Shown here: positions 26,761 to 38,097 of the stretch, in pieces
Position numbering within the stretch: position 1 is the stretch's first letter
How the letters are laid out: every line of letters begins with the position of its first letter
Assembly: GCF_009914755.1 (NCBI RefSeq)
Contig: NC_060928.1
DNA: 64,000 bases
Source of the DNA: the human T2T-CHM13v2.0 reference genome, Homo sapiens
Reading direction: 5' to 3' (one strand)
Made by a program: the position numbers and the translations under genes
Notes under the pieces: generated by a model
Databases searched by the model: none
What the model saw: only the letters and a program-made list of their open reading frames with translations
Told to the model about the DNA's origin: nothing

Positions 26761-29300
26761 AAAATATATAGGTGTATTCTTGGCCCATAGTTACTATTCA
26801 GTGATTTTGTTATTGTTAAAAACATTGCTTTCCATCAGAAATATTGACCTCACTTATAGATAGAACGAAGCAAGTGCTGCCACTCTTGTTAACAAACCCT
26901 GTTTTGGGCAGTGACTTTGATGTGCATATCAGGAATCATAGAATTCCAGAATGGGAAGGCACCTTTAAGGCGAGAATGTCAAATTGCCTAAATTAATGTA
27001 CTTAAAATCAATTGGCATAATGATCAATTTGCCTAATTACACATTCATCTAAAATGTTCATTTATCAAATATACAACTTTTCATCTGTGCTCAAGTAGTG
27101 TTAGCTTAGAGGCATTTTTATCATTTTTCACAGGGATCATTTTGTCTACTTTTGAGGGTTTCCAAGGTATTTCACCCACTTAAGATTAAGTGTTTAAAGT
27201 GTTATAAAAATACATTTAAGAAAAACACAAAAAACCATATCTCAAAAATGCTTAGAGTGGCATCTTATCATATATAAAATGCTACATGTATGACAGATTT
27301 TTATTAGGAATCTGATTATCAGGTTAATGTGTGTTTCAGGGGACAGGACATTAGGAGAATTGATTTTAGGTGAACTGACCTTAAATCTTCTTAAGGGTTA
27401 GGATGTGAAAGCAGCAGCATCAGTTTGTACTGGTGTCATTCTGCTGACTTTTCTATGTGACTAAGTTCATCTCTGTCACTATCTGCTGCCAGAGCTATTG
27501 TGACTGCTTTCAACTTTAGATCCATGATGAATTTCCAGATTTGAAACTTGCTTGCCCTCCTTGGTTGACTTTAGGACAAAGTAGCAAGAGATCTGTGTTT
27601 TGTACAGACTCCATGAGGCCACAGAAACTCATTTGTCCTATAAACAATGGTACACATGATTTAATATAACAGCTTCTTTCCATTTTACCTAACTTTCCAT
27701 AATGCATATTTTAAACCTCTCATCTCCTCTGATAAAAAGTATTTTTATCATCAGTTGTCCTTCGGAAATAGAAAAGATAATGAAGAGACAGAAGGGCAGG
27801 GAATTTGCCTATGGAAAAAAACTATGGGAGAATCGTCAAAAGGTATAGGAACCCCTACAATTTCTAGGCAAAGGAATCCTAAGATACATAAATGTGGACT
27901 CACAGAAGCTCTTCTAAAACAGTGGCCAACACACAAAACTTTCTTTTATTTTTTGAGATCAGTTTTATTACCATTGATTCTAGTTCTTATGTGGAAGAGC
28001 AAATTCTCTGCTATTACTACTTTGCAAGATTCTTCTCTAATTTTACAACTACTGAAATGGTAAGGAATTTTTGTTTAAATACGAATGTTTAAATTTTCCT
28101 AAAGGTACAGAACTTGCTAGTTCTCAGGGTTTGTTTAAAGTTCTGTCTGTCTCTGTAATGATGTGACTGTGTCTGTCACATCATGTTGTAACTAGTAGTG
28201 TGGAAACTGACATCTGCCTACCAGTAATGGTGGTCATACCTCACTGCTACTCCAACTGCTCACAGTCCGGTTTAGCCTGCCACCCTGAGCTCCAGCCAGC
28301 TGTCAGGACTGTCACAGCTGCCATCTTATTTACTGCCATAAGCTTTCTTGGCATTGCGGACCCAGACACTGCTGAGTTGGCGCCTGTCATTGGCTGTAAA
28401 AGGCACAGGGACGAAAGACTCTGAGAAACCCTGGGAAGGTGCAACATGTTCAAACCACCTGACAGTGGAACCAGTCAGTGCTGAAGTCTCTGAGGTTGTT
28501 CTTTGTTGACTGATAAGATTGGACAAGGCACAGTAGGCCCTCCAGAACTCCTATTCAGAGTTGTTTTAATTGAATGTGTCACTGACAAGGGACAATCACT
28601 TGGGCTGTGGCATCTATTCCAAATGAAACAATTGTTTTAAAGTAATTGGTCTGACAAGAAGGCTGGCAGACATTGAGGATGAGATGCATGCATTTCTATG
28701 AGATGAGACAGGCATTTCTACGAGGAGAGACAGAAAACATGTTCCCTGTAATTGCTACGGCTAAGCTTTTAAACTTTTCCCTTTGCTTCTCATGAAACAA
28801 GTCTTTTAAACGCCTCTGACTGAGTAAACACAGCAGTTCTAGAGCACTGCTTTGCTTTTTCTGTCTTTTACATACGTAAGAGGTTATTTTTCAACTTGTT
28901 TAAATTATCTAGCCACAACAATTTGCAATAAATTTAATAGGAAAAAAGTGAAAAGGGTTAGTTTGTCTCTGAACTTCTTTGCCATCTCACTATTAGCAAC
29001 TCCTGATACAAGGACTGCGATTATGCATTGTAAGACAGAAGGTCAATTACATGAGCTAGTTAGCACATATTGAGCAAAATTTCCCCACTGTGTAAGTGGC
29101 ATGTTGGGAGAGTGACTGAGTCTGCAAGAGCCAAAAGCATCTACGCAAGTGGTACTTAGCCATATAACACACATACACAACAATAGGATATACGGCACAT
29201 TAGAAAAAGAGAATACATGATACATTCTAACCCACAATCATTTTATATACTCTATACAATATCATCCCCCCATTATAATGATAAAATCATCATTTTAATA

Positions 29301-29458
29301 ATATTTACAAACTACCTATATTACTCATTTGATCCTCACAATATATAAGGTAGGAATTATCCTTATATATTTACAATATAAATATATCCTTATATATTTA
29401 CAAACTACCTATATTACTCATTTGATCCTCACAATATATAAGGTAGGAATTATCCTTA
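29301..29458. repeat. Perfect 65-bp direct duplication with a 28-bp spacer, inside an antisense MIR
   Basis: 29301-29365 is identical to 29394-29458. Confidence 0.93.
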
Positions 29459-29764
29459 CACATTTTATATATAGGAGGAATGAAGCCCACCTACATGACT
29501 ATGTAGATGGGCTTCATCATACACATGAACAGAAAAGCAATGTTGTGACTTTAAGTTATCATTTTTTCCATACATCACAATGACTAGCTTCATCTTTGAC
29601 CCTCTTCTATTTTTGCCATATTGAATGTGCTCTTCCTATGAATCATATCTAATTGCAAAGTTTTAACTAAAATATGTAAAAAGGAGGAGAGGGAATTTAA
29701 TATCTTTCCTCTAATATTTTCATCTGTGAACCAGAGTTTCCACTATGAGTTACTAGGTACACAC

Positions 29765-29910
29765 AGTGAAGTAACTGCAGTGGTTAAACATACATGTTCT
29801 ACAGGGATGTCACACAGGTTTGAAACTCAGCTCTTGATATCTAATAGCTGTATAAACTTAGAAAAGTTACTTATCTCTGGTTTTGTTTCTTCAGCTATAA
29901 AAAGAGGATT
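29765..29910 (+). mobile_element. MIR 5' part (probably resumes at ~30770-30870 after an L2)
   Basis: GCAGTGGTTAAAC...GGTTTGAAACTCAGCTCT...TAGCTGTATAAACTTAGAAAAGTTACTTATCTCTG. Confidence 0.6.
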
Positions 29911-29919
29911 CATTAATAT

Positions 29920-30760
29920 ATTCATTCATACATACCTTCATTCAGCAAGCATTACATACCCATAAAATTCAGGACACTGCTGCCCTCAGCCCTACGTATA
30001 TAACAGGAAACAAGCCAAAAATAATACTGAGTTACATTACCAAGGAAGACCATCAGTTAATGAAGAAATAATAGATAGACTGGGTAGCAAGACTTGTAAT
30101 GAAGGAGGAAGTTGATTGGAGGATAGTGATGGTAGAGTAGGGAGAATAGTGCTATTTTAGTTCGAATGGTTAAAAAAAAGGTATATTTTCAGAGATGACA
30201 TTTGAACATTTGAAACTGTGGGAGGAAATCGTGTGAAGATAATTCCAGGCCGAAGGAAAAACAAGTACAAGATCCCTGAAGCAGGAATATGCCTGTGCAT
30301 GCTCAAGGAGGAGCAAAGACATGTACTGAGAGGAGGATAAGAGAAGTCGAGGAAACTGTAGGCAATAAATTAGCAAAGTAACCAGTTGTCAATTCAGGTA
30401 GGGCAGTGGTGGTCTTCGTAAAAACTTCCAATTCGGGTCTAAGTGTGATGGAATCAATTGGCATCTTTGACGTATGGCAAACATCACTCTAACTATTGTA
30501 GGAAGAGTAAGTTGCAGGAAAACAACGCAAGAATGGGGAAACAAGTCAGAAGGCAGTTTCCAATAATCCTAAACAGAGATGGTAGTAACTTGGATAAGGG
30601 CTGCTGTCATGAAAGTAGTAAGGAGTAATCATGTCCTTTGCTGATGAATTGGATGTAGAGTGGGAGAGAAAGATTAAAGGTGATGGCATTTGACCCAAGC
30701 TATTGGGCAAAAGGTGGACCCAATTACTAAGCTAGGAGATATTAGAGATGAACAAGCTTT
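29920..30760 (-). mobile_element. L2 LINE 3' portion
   Basis: TTCATTCA tail repeats, then GAGATGACATTTGAAC and AATTCCAGGCCGAAGGAAAAACAAGTACAAGATCCCTGA. Confidence 0.7.
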
Positions 30761-30889
30761 ATGAGAATTAAAAGCACCTACCTAGTAGGTTTAGTGTGAA
30801 AATGAAAGCATTCAGTACGGAGCCTGATCTATAGCAATTCTTCAGTAAACCTTAAGTATTGTTATGATTATTATCATCATCATCATTAT

Positions 30890-31635
30890 AATTAAGTCCT
30901 GTAAATTTTATTTCCTAAATAGGTCTCAGATGCATGATTTCCTCTCCATGATCATTGTTGTACCTTGGTTCAAGCCCTCAGTATCTTTTACTTGGATTCT
31001 TGCAATGGCCACCTGAGTTTCCTGCCTCTAGACTAGACTATATTTAATCTATTTTCTTTGCTGTGGGCAGAATTATCTTTCTAACATGTAAACCTGATCA
31101 TGTTTCTTCCTAGCTTAAACACTTCAGTGGCTCTCCATAGCCTATAGAATAAAGCTGTGACTACTTAATGATCTGGTTGCTGACCATCAACACTACCCTC
31201 CTGTTTTCTTCAAGTTTCAATAATATCAAAATGCCTGTGGTTCCTCTAACATTGTAAATATTGCATGCCTCCCTGCCTTTATGTATGTTATTTACCTTTC
31301 CTGGAATACCCTTTTAGTCTCAATGACCTTGTAAAATTTAAGTCTTCAGTTTAAATCCTAATTAGCAATTACCTTTTGCATTGAAGCATTTTATTAAGTC
31401 TCTCAGAGAGAGTGGCATCCCCACATTGTTCCACTTCTTGTACTTAATCCTTGCACTATAAATAGTACATTTCTTTCTTTACATAGAGAGAAGTTAACAT
31501 GTATGTTTGTCTCTTCAACACAATTATAAAATCCTTGAAGGCAAGGCTATGTCTTCTTCATCTTTGAATGACTGTGTGTGCACAGTTAGTGGCACATATA
31601 TGTCCCTCATGAGTTTTGTGACCTAACATGAATGG
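30890..31635 (+). mobile_element. L2 LINE 3' portion
   Basis: AAACCTGATCATGTTTCTTCCTAGCTTAAACACTTCAGTGGCTC...CCTTGAAGGCAAGGCTATGTC. Confidence 0.7.
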
Positions 31636-31810
31636 TTTGTCAGTCATCTATGACATCTAGAGCAGTGAAGAAGAACAAGAGATTTAGAGTAGTTCTTCTT
31701 CACTACTCTAGATGTCAGAGATGACTGAGACATTAGTGCACCTTCTGTATCATAGCATATCACATCACATAGTTTTCATTATATCATTGCTGCTTAAGAT
31801 GGTTTTAGTG

Positions 31811-32188
31811 TGTATTAGTCCATTTTCACACTGCTGCAAAGAATTATCTGAGACTGGGAAATTTATAAATGAAAGAGGTTTAATTGACTCTGCTTTCATG
31901 CTTAACAGGAAGCTTGACTGAGAGACCTCAGGAAACTTACAATCATGGTGTAAGGCAGAGGGGAGCACATATATCTTCACATGGTGACAGGAGACAGTGT
32001 GTGAAGCAGGAAGTGCTACACACTTTCAAACGACCAGATCTGGTGAGAACTTACTCACTATCACAAGAATGGCAAGGGAGAAGTCTGCCCCCATTATTCA
32101 ATCACCTCCCATCAGGTCCCTCACCCAACACAGGGGGATTTTGATTAGAGATGAGATTTGGGTGGGGACACAGAGCCAAACCATATTA
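31811..32188 (-). mobile_element. MaLR solo LTR (MSTA-like)
   Basis: TGTATTAGTCCATTTTCACACTGCT...GAGATTTGGGTGGGGACACAGAGCCAAACCATATTA; 5-bp TSD TAGTG/CAGTG. Confidence 0.9.
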
Positions 32189-32282
32189 CAGTGCCTTGAC
32201 CAAACTTCTTTAGTTTATTATGAATTTTCCAATGATGCAATGTCTATTGACACAAGTGAGTTATGCCAAATTTGAAAATATA

Positions 32283-32577
32283 GGCTGGGCACAGTGTCTC
32301 ATGCCTGTAGTCCTTGTACTTTGGGAGGCCAAGGCAGGAAGATTGCTTGAGTTCAGGAGTTTGAGACCAACCTGAGCAACGTGATGAAACCCTGTCTCTA
32401 CAAAAAAACAAAATAAAATAAAAATTAGCCGGGCATGGCTGTGTGCACCTGTAGTCCTAGCTACTTGGGAGTCTGAGAGGGGAGGATCACTTGATTCCAG
32501 GAAGCTGAGGCTACAGCGAGCTGAGATCATGCCACTGCAGTCCAGCCTGGGCAACAGGGTAAGACCCTGTCTCAAAA
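32283..32577 (+). mobile_element. AluJ-type SINE
   Basis: GATTGCTTGAGTTCAGGAGTTTGAGACC, GGAGGATCACTTGA, GAGGCTACAGCGAG, GACCCTGTCTC. Confidence 0.88.
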
Positions 32578-32676
32578 GATCTTCAAAAATGAAATAAAAG
32601 TGACTGTGGAAATAAGACTTTCCTTTGCCTGGAATAACTACTGAATTCCATCAAATCTTTTGATACCCTGTGTATT

Positions 32677-33153
32677 TGTTATCAAAACACCAGGGGTTTG
32701 GTCTAGGTCCTGTGGCTTGCCACACAGAAAACCAATCACTGAGACAATGAGTATTTCCAGGAAAGCAGGCTTTATTCAGGTGCTTCAGTGAGGAGATGGG
32801 AAATCAGTTTCAAATCCATCTCCTCAACCAATTAAAATTAGGAGTTTATATAGCAGGGAAGAAATGTAACTATGTGTGGGAAAACACAGATTAGAGAGGG
32901 GTAAGGAAGAGGACTTGGTCAACAGGAAACAAGTGGTCGGTTAGGCAATCATGACAGGTAAGGTGTCTGGTGTCTCATTGTCCAGATGTGGTGATCTGGT
33001 AAGTCTCATTTCTTTGATTGTTGGCCTCTGAGAAAGGAATTCAGATAAGACAAATGTAACTTTCTCATGTTTTAAGACTGGTAAGGTCAATTTCTATGTT
33101 TTTTCAAAATAAAGCATAAACATCAGTTCTACAGGACAATTGTGCCAGTTTCA
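32677..33153 (-). mobile_element. ERV1-class solo LTR (MER66-like)
   Basis: TG...CA termini TGTTATCAAAACACCAGGGG and GGACAATTGTGCCAGTTTCA; minus-strand TATA (TTTATATAG on plus) and AATAAA (TTTATT on plus); near 4-bp TSD TATT/TAAT. Confidence 0.75.
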
Positions 33154-35427
33154 TAATTTATCCTTTTCTCATATTACTACCCTAAACTATTAATAGCAAA
33201 CTAGCCTCCTTGTGTATATTTTTGTAGAATTTATGACATGGAGCTTTCATATTTTGACAATTTTGAATATTCTTTCCTGTTTTCTGAGACTGTGAAATCT
33301 TTACCACTTGCTCTGGTTTGAATTAATATCTTCCTTACCTGAGGTTATAACATTACCTATAAAATTTGTTTTGGTTTCTAAATATACAAGATCTCATATT
33401 ATTTTAGTACTATTTCATTTGTGCATTTGCTATTTTGCTAAGAGTTTAATATCCTCATTTGAAAATACTGTCTCATATCTCTTCTGCATCTCTCAAAGCC
33501 ATGACACAATTAGACCTTAGTATAGGTGTTCAATAATGACATACTGAAGTGAAAAGAAGAAGATGTAACATGATGATCAAACCCATAATTATAATCACTT
33601 CAAGCTTACATTGATGGACTCTTGCTTGATCACAGGTAGAATATCTTTTTGAGGACCTCAGAGCAAAGGGTAATAAACACCTACTTTTCTTTCATCTATA
33701 ACCATATCAGGAAAATGAATTAAATTAACTCAACTTTTGATAATTCTTTTTAGAGTTAGAAAAAAGAGTTTACAGTTGCAAAATAAAAGCAAATTTCATT
33801 TTACCTTTAATATTTTAAGGATAACCCAGAGGTGATGTCTTACAGGTAATGCAGGAATGAGGAAACAATATTCTCAAATCTTTCTATTTCGTTTTACAAG
33901 GAAAATAGGCCCTATGTGAAAATAGTTGGCTAATTTTTTTAAGTCCTACAAGAACCAACATCTTGAGGGCCAAAACAAATGGACCTGAAACCTAGAGAGC
34001 CACCTCTGTTCTCCAGAAACTATCAGAGAACTTAATAATTAAGTTCACCAGGGTTTAGGGCTTTCTGGGCCCCAGTAATAATGATGTTATCAAGGTAGAT
34101 TCAGTGTTTTATTTAACTGCATTCCATTCTTGATTTTCAGTCCTGAAACAAGAAGTTTTGAGTAAGCTATTTTAAAGTATTTTCTCCAGTTAACACATAA
34201 TAAAAAGTGAAATAAGAAAACATACTATTATAGTACACAGACTAAGGACTGTTTCCATTACTCATATGAAATCTAGTGTACAGATTCCTCATTAGACAAT
34301 TTCACACTGGCCAGACAGACCCTCTGTCTATTACTTTTTTGTCAAAGTAACTTTACAGATGAAAGGCCAGAACAAAGGGCATTTGGAACGAATTAAAAAC
34401 TGTCGCAGCTTTTCTAAGCAACCTGGGAAGATGTATAGCAAATTTTATACCCCTTCATGTTATTTTTTTTCCCAGGATAACCATTGGCAAGTGGTCAGCC
34501 TGTCAGAACAGAGTCCAATTAAAATTATATATCATTGCAAGTTTTCTCTTCTCTGATGTCAATAATAGAGATCCTTCAGAGATAGCCCTCTCATATTCAC
34601 TCCTGGGAATTTTAATTTCCTGACAAATCTATCATCTATAATTTACCATCAGGAATAGTCAGTCTCTGAGCATTGATAAAATAGCACAAATCCTGGTACT
34701 TCCCTTAGCACTGTGACAAAGAGACAATCTTTACAGATCTCACTGTGATGCTATATTCGTATAATCTTAATGTTTGTGTATCTGAATACTGTAGGATTAA
34801 AATTCATTCATAGGTTCAATAAACTTATAAAGGAATATATAAATATATGATATCTTAGAAAAATATTTCCAAGTTTTCAGGATCTCCATGGCCTCTCAAA
34901 TTCTCATTATGTCATTATAAATCTTTTATACATACTTTGACTATATAAACAAAAGATTTTTTTATTCACTCACACAGAAAACTCATACTTACATTTTCCT
35001 TGAGAGTACACCAAGAATGAGTAGACATATTTTGAAGAGGAAAAATTTCTAACGGAAGTCAAAGCCACACATTGTAACCATTAGCAATTTGCTGATTTTG
35101 AAATGAGTATGTATTCATTTAAGTATAATATAGTATGTTTCCTTGGAATGTACAGAAAAACGTGGGATTCGAGGGAAGCAAGAGTTTTGTACATTTGAGT
35201 TATTAACAGCTTATTTGACTAATCAAAATGGAGGCTAGCAAATTAATCTAATTTATTTGCAGAGACTAAACTGCATTAATAATAGAAATACTGTCAAAAC
35301 ATTGTGGGCAGCTATTTAGTTTGTTTTTCAATAGTTATAAGCTTCTTTATAAGAGATTGCTAAGTGGGATTGCTTAAATGTAAGAACTGCTAAGACTTCA
35401 GCAACACAGAGCAATGTGCATACTGGG

Positions 35428-35835
35428 TGTTCTGAGCTGATTTTTTCCACTTTAAAATGCCTATGTTGATGCTCTAATACCCAGCACCTCAGAATGTGAC
35501 TGTATTTGGAGATAGGGATTTTAAGGAGTTAAGTTAAAATGAAGCCATTAGGATAGGCCCTAATCCAAATTGATGAGTGTCTTTTTAAGAAGAGGAGATG
35601 AAGTCACAAGAAGAGACACCAGGGAAGCACACAAACAGAAGAAATACCATGTGAGGACACAGTTAAAAAAAAGGGCAGCCATCTGCAAGCCAAGGAGAGA
35701 GGCCACAGAAGAAACAAAACCTGCAGACACCTTGACTTTGGGCTTCCAGCCTCCAGAACTGTGAGGAAATAAATGTTTGTCATTTAAGCCATCCAGCCTG
35801 TGGTATTTTGTTATGGAAGCCGTACCAAATTAACA
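35428..35835 (+). mobile_element. MaLR solo LTR (MLT1B-like)
   Basis: CCCAGCACCTCAGAATGTGACTGTATTTGGAGATAGGG...CTTCCAGCCTCCAGAACTGTGAGGAAATAAATG. Confidence 0.88.
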
Positions 35836-35859
35836 TCCTAGAAAGCTGAAGACCCATTA

Positions 35860-36155
<296 letters not shown>

Positions 36156-36162
36156 AAAGAAA

Positions 36163-36235
<73 letters not shown>

Positions 36236-36368
36236 AGGAAGGAAGGAAGGAAGGAAGGAAGGAAGGAAGGAAGGAAGGAAGGAAGGAAGGAAAGAAAGAA
36301 AGAAAAAAGGGAGGGGAGGGGAGGGGAGGGGAGGGAAGGGAAGGGAAGGGAAGGGAAGGGAAGGGAGG
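36156..36368. repeat. Compound all-purine STR: (GAAA)~17 (GAAG)~14 ... (GAGGG)5 (AAGGG)6
   Basis: Counted directly; no pyrimidine on the + strand for 213 nt. Confidence 0.97.
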
Positions 36369-37664
36369 TAATGGCATCCCAAATGGAACTGAGGAAGTAA
36401 TATTTCTTGAAGAAGTTCCCCTCACACCATACAAATAACCGGGAAGAAAGAGCACAAGAGAACAAGTTTGTATTTAAAGCCCTGTGCCAAGGAGCATAAG
36501 CATAGGCAGTGTTACAGACCAGGCATTCCAGTCTGCATTCTGAGACATAGCAATAAAGGAAGGTTATGCAGTAAATCAGTTCTGAAATAAGGCGGAGTAG
36601 TATTGTGTCAGGCAATTTGTCCGTACAGAGAAGGACCTTCTGACATGAGCCTGAGGTAAGCCAAAAAAGAGTTAAGTGTAGGGTAGGAGAGTTGGCAGGA
36701 ATTAGTCAAGCGGCAGGCCTCTTAGTACTGGTTGAGATTCAGAGCAGGGCCACCATCCTTGATTACCAGGTAGAGTAGAATGGGAAACAGGCGCACAGTC
36801 AGTGTCATGTGAGGATGGAAATGCTAAAACCAGAAGCAGAATGAACCTCGTCTGCCAACTATTTTTCATTCTCATGGCTAGTACACCAGATTTTTTATCT
36901 AGATTGCCACAGATGAGACATGGGGATATTGGAGAATTGGTGCAGGGGTGAGGTGGGTTCAAGTGGGTGTATACATTTATGAAATAATCCATTAATCACG
37001 GTTTAGTCCATAGATTCTAGGTCTGGGGGTACTTAATATAGTTAATCATTTATTCATTCAGACACTAATTAAAATGTGAAAATGTAGGAGAAATCACAAT
37101 AGCTGAAGCTTTTTTTCTGCCACAATTGATTCATTAATTGATGCTAGAAATGGGATGGCAGAGAGGGAGGCTATGCCTCAAGGTAATACTCAAACATAGC
37201 TATGGGAGAAGAGGCAGAGAAGTAAAGGTGTGTGTGATATTCATTTAGATAATCAACAAATCAATAAAATGTATTGCCCTTTTATGACTTACCTAGATTT
37301 ACAAAGGATTCATTAGAAAATTCAAGAAAGCATAAAACATAATCTCAAATTTTAAGGGATAATTCTCTTATTTAGAAGAAAAACACATTTACATGAAAAC
37401 AGAAACTATTTTCAGGTAAAGTGGAAAGGAGGGTTACAAATAACCTTGTAGATAGATGATCCAAGCATGGAAATTTCAATGTGAATTGATACTTTGTGCC
37501 TTCTAAGTGGGATATAGCTTGGATTGGCACAAAAGAAAAAGAAAGCATTGAAACCAGCCATCCTGAGCAAAGGTTGTGACTTGAGAGATTACTGTGGCTT
37601 ATTTTTAACACAGGAAACAAATTAATCCTATCTGAGAGAGATTAGTTGAGAAGGAGAGAGAACT

Positions 37665-38097
37665 TGAGAGTGTTGAATTCCCCAGAAAGGAGACTCTGAG
37701 ACAGAGATGGAGATTAGCACACAGAAAGTGCATTGGCATTGAGGAGTGTTCTCAGGATCAACATCTGTGGCAGGAAAGAGAAAGAAGCAGGATGGAGCAA
37801 AGGGAGACATGTTGGGCTCCATGCCTGTCTCAACAAAAGGCCTCAACTAATCGTAGAGGAAACTGAAGCTAGATGACCCTTCAGAGTTACAGAAAGGGAA
37901 CTGCGTCTTATAGTCTTACACTTACCTGTCCATTGAATGTAGACTTCCCCAGGAAGGGAGTGTGATCTTGGATAAGCCAGTTCTCTCTAGCTGAGCCCAG
38001 TTTCCAGGAGGCCTGACAGCTGGAGGTAATCAGCTGGCACCTGGAAGACTAAGTCTTTGAGTCCTAAGGAGATGTAGACAATGCAGCATCCACTACG
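37665..38097 (-). mobile_element. LTR16A-like 3' LTR of an ERVL provirus
   Basis: AGACTCTGAGACAGAGATGGAGATTAGC...CTCAGGATCAACATCTGTGG...GCAGCATCCACTAC; homologous to 40597-41044. Confidence 0.8.

Noticed and set aside
29301-29458. Repeat-spacer-repeat pattern resembling a CRISPR array
   Set aside because: Only two copies, the spacer derives from the repeat, the context is eukaryotic and there are no cas genes
29920-31635. Oppositely oriented L2 fragments as a possible long hairpin
   Set aside because: Independent, heavily diverged copies; I see no extended complementarity
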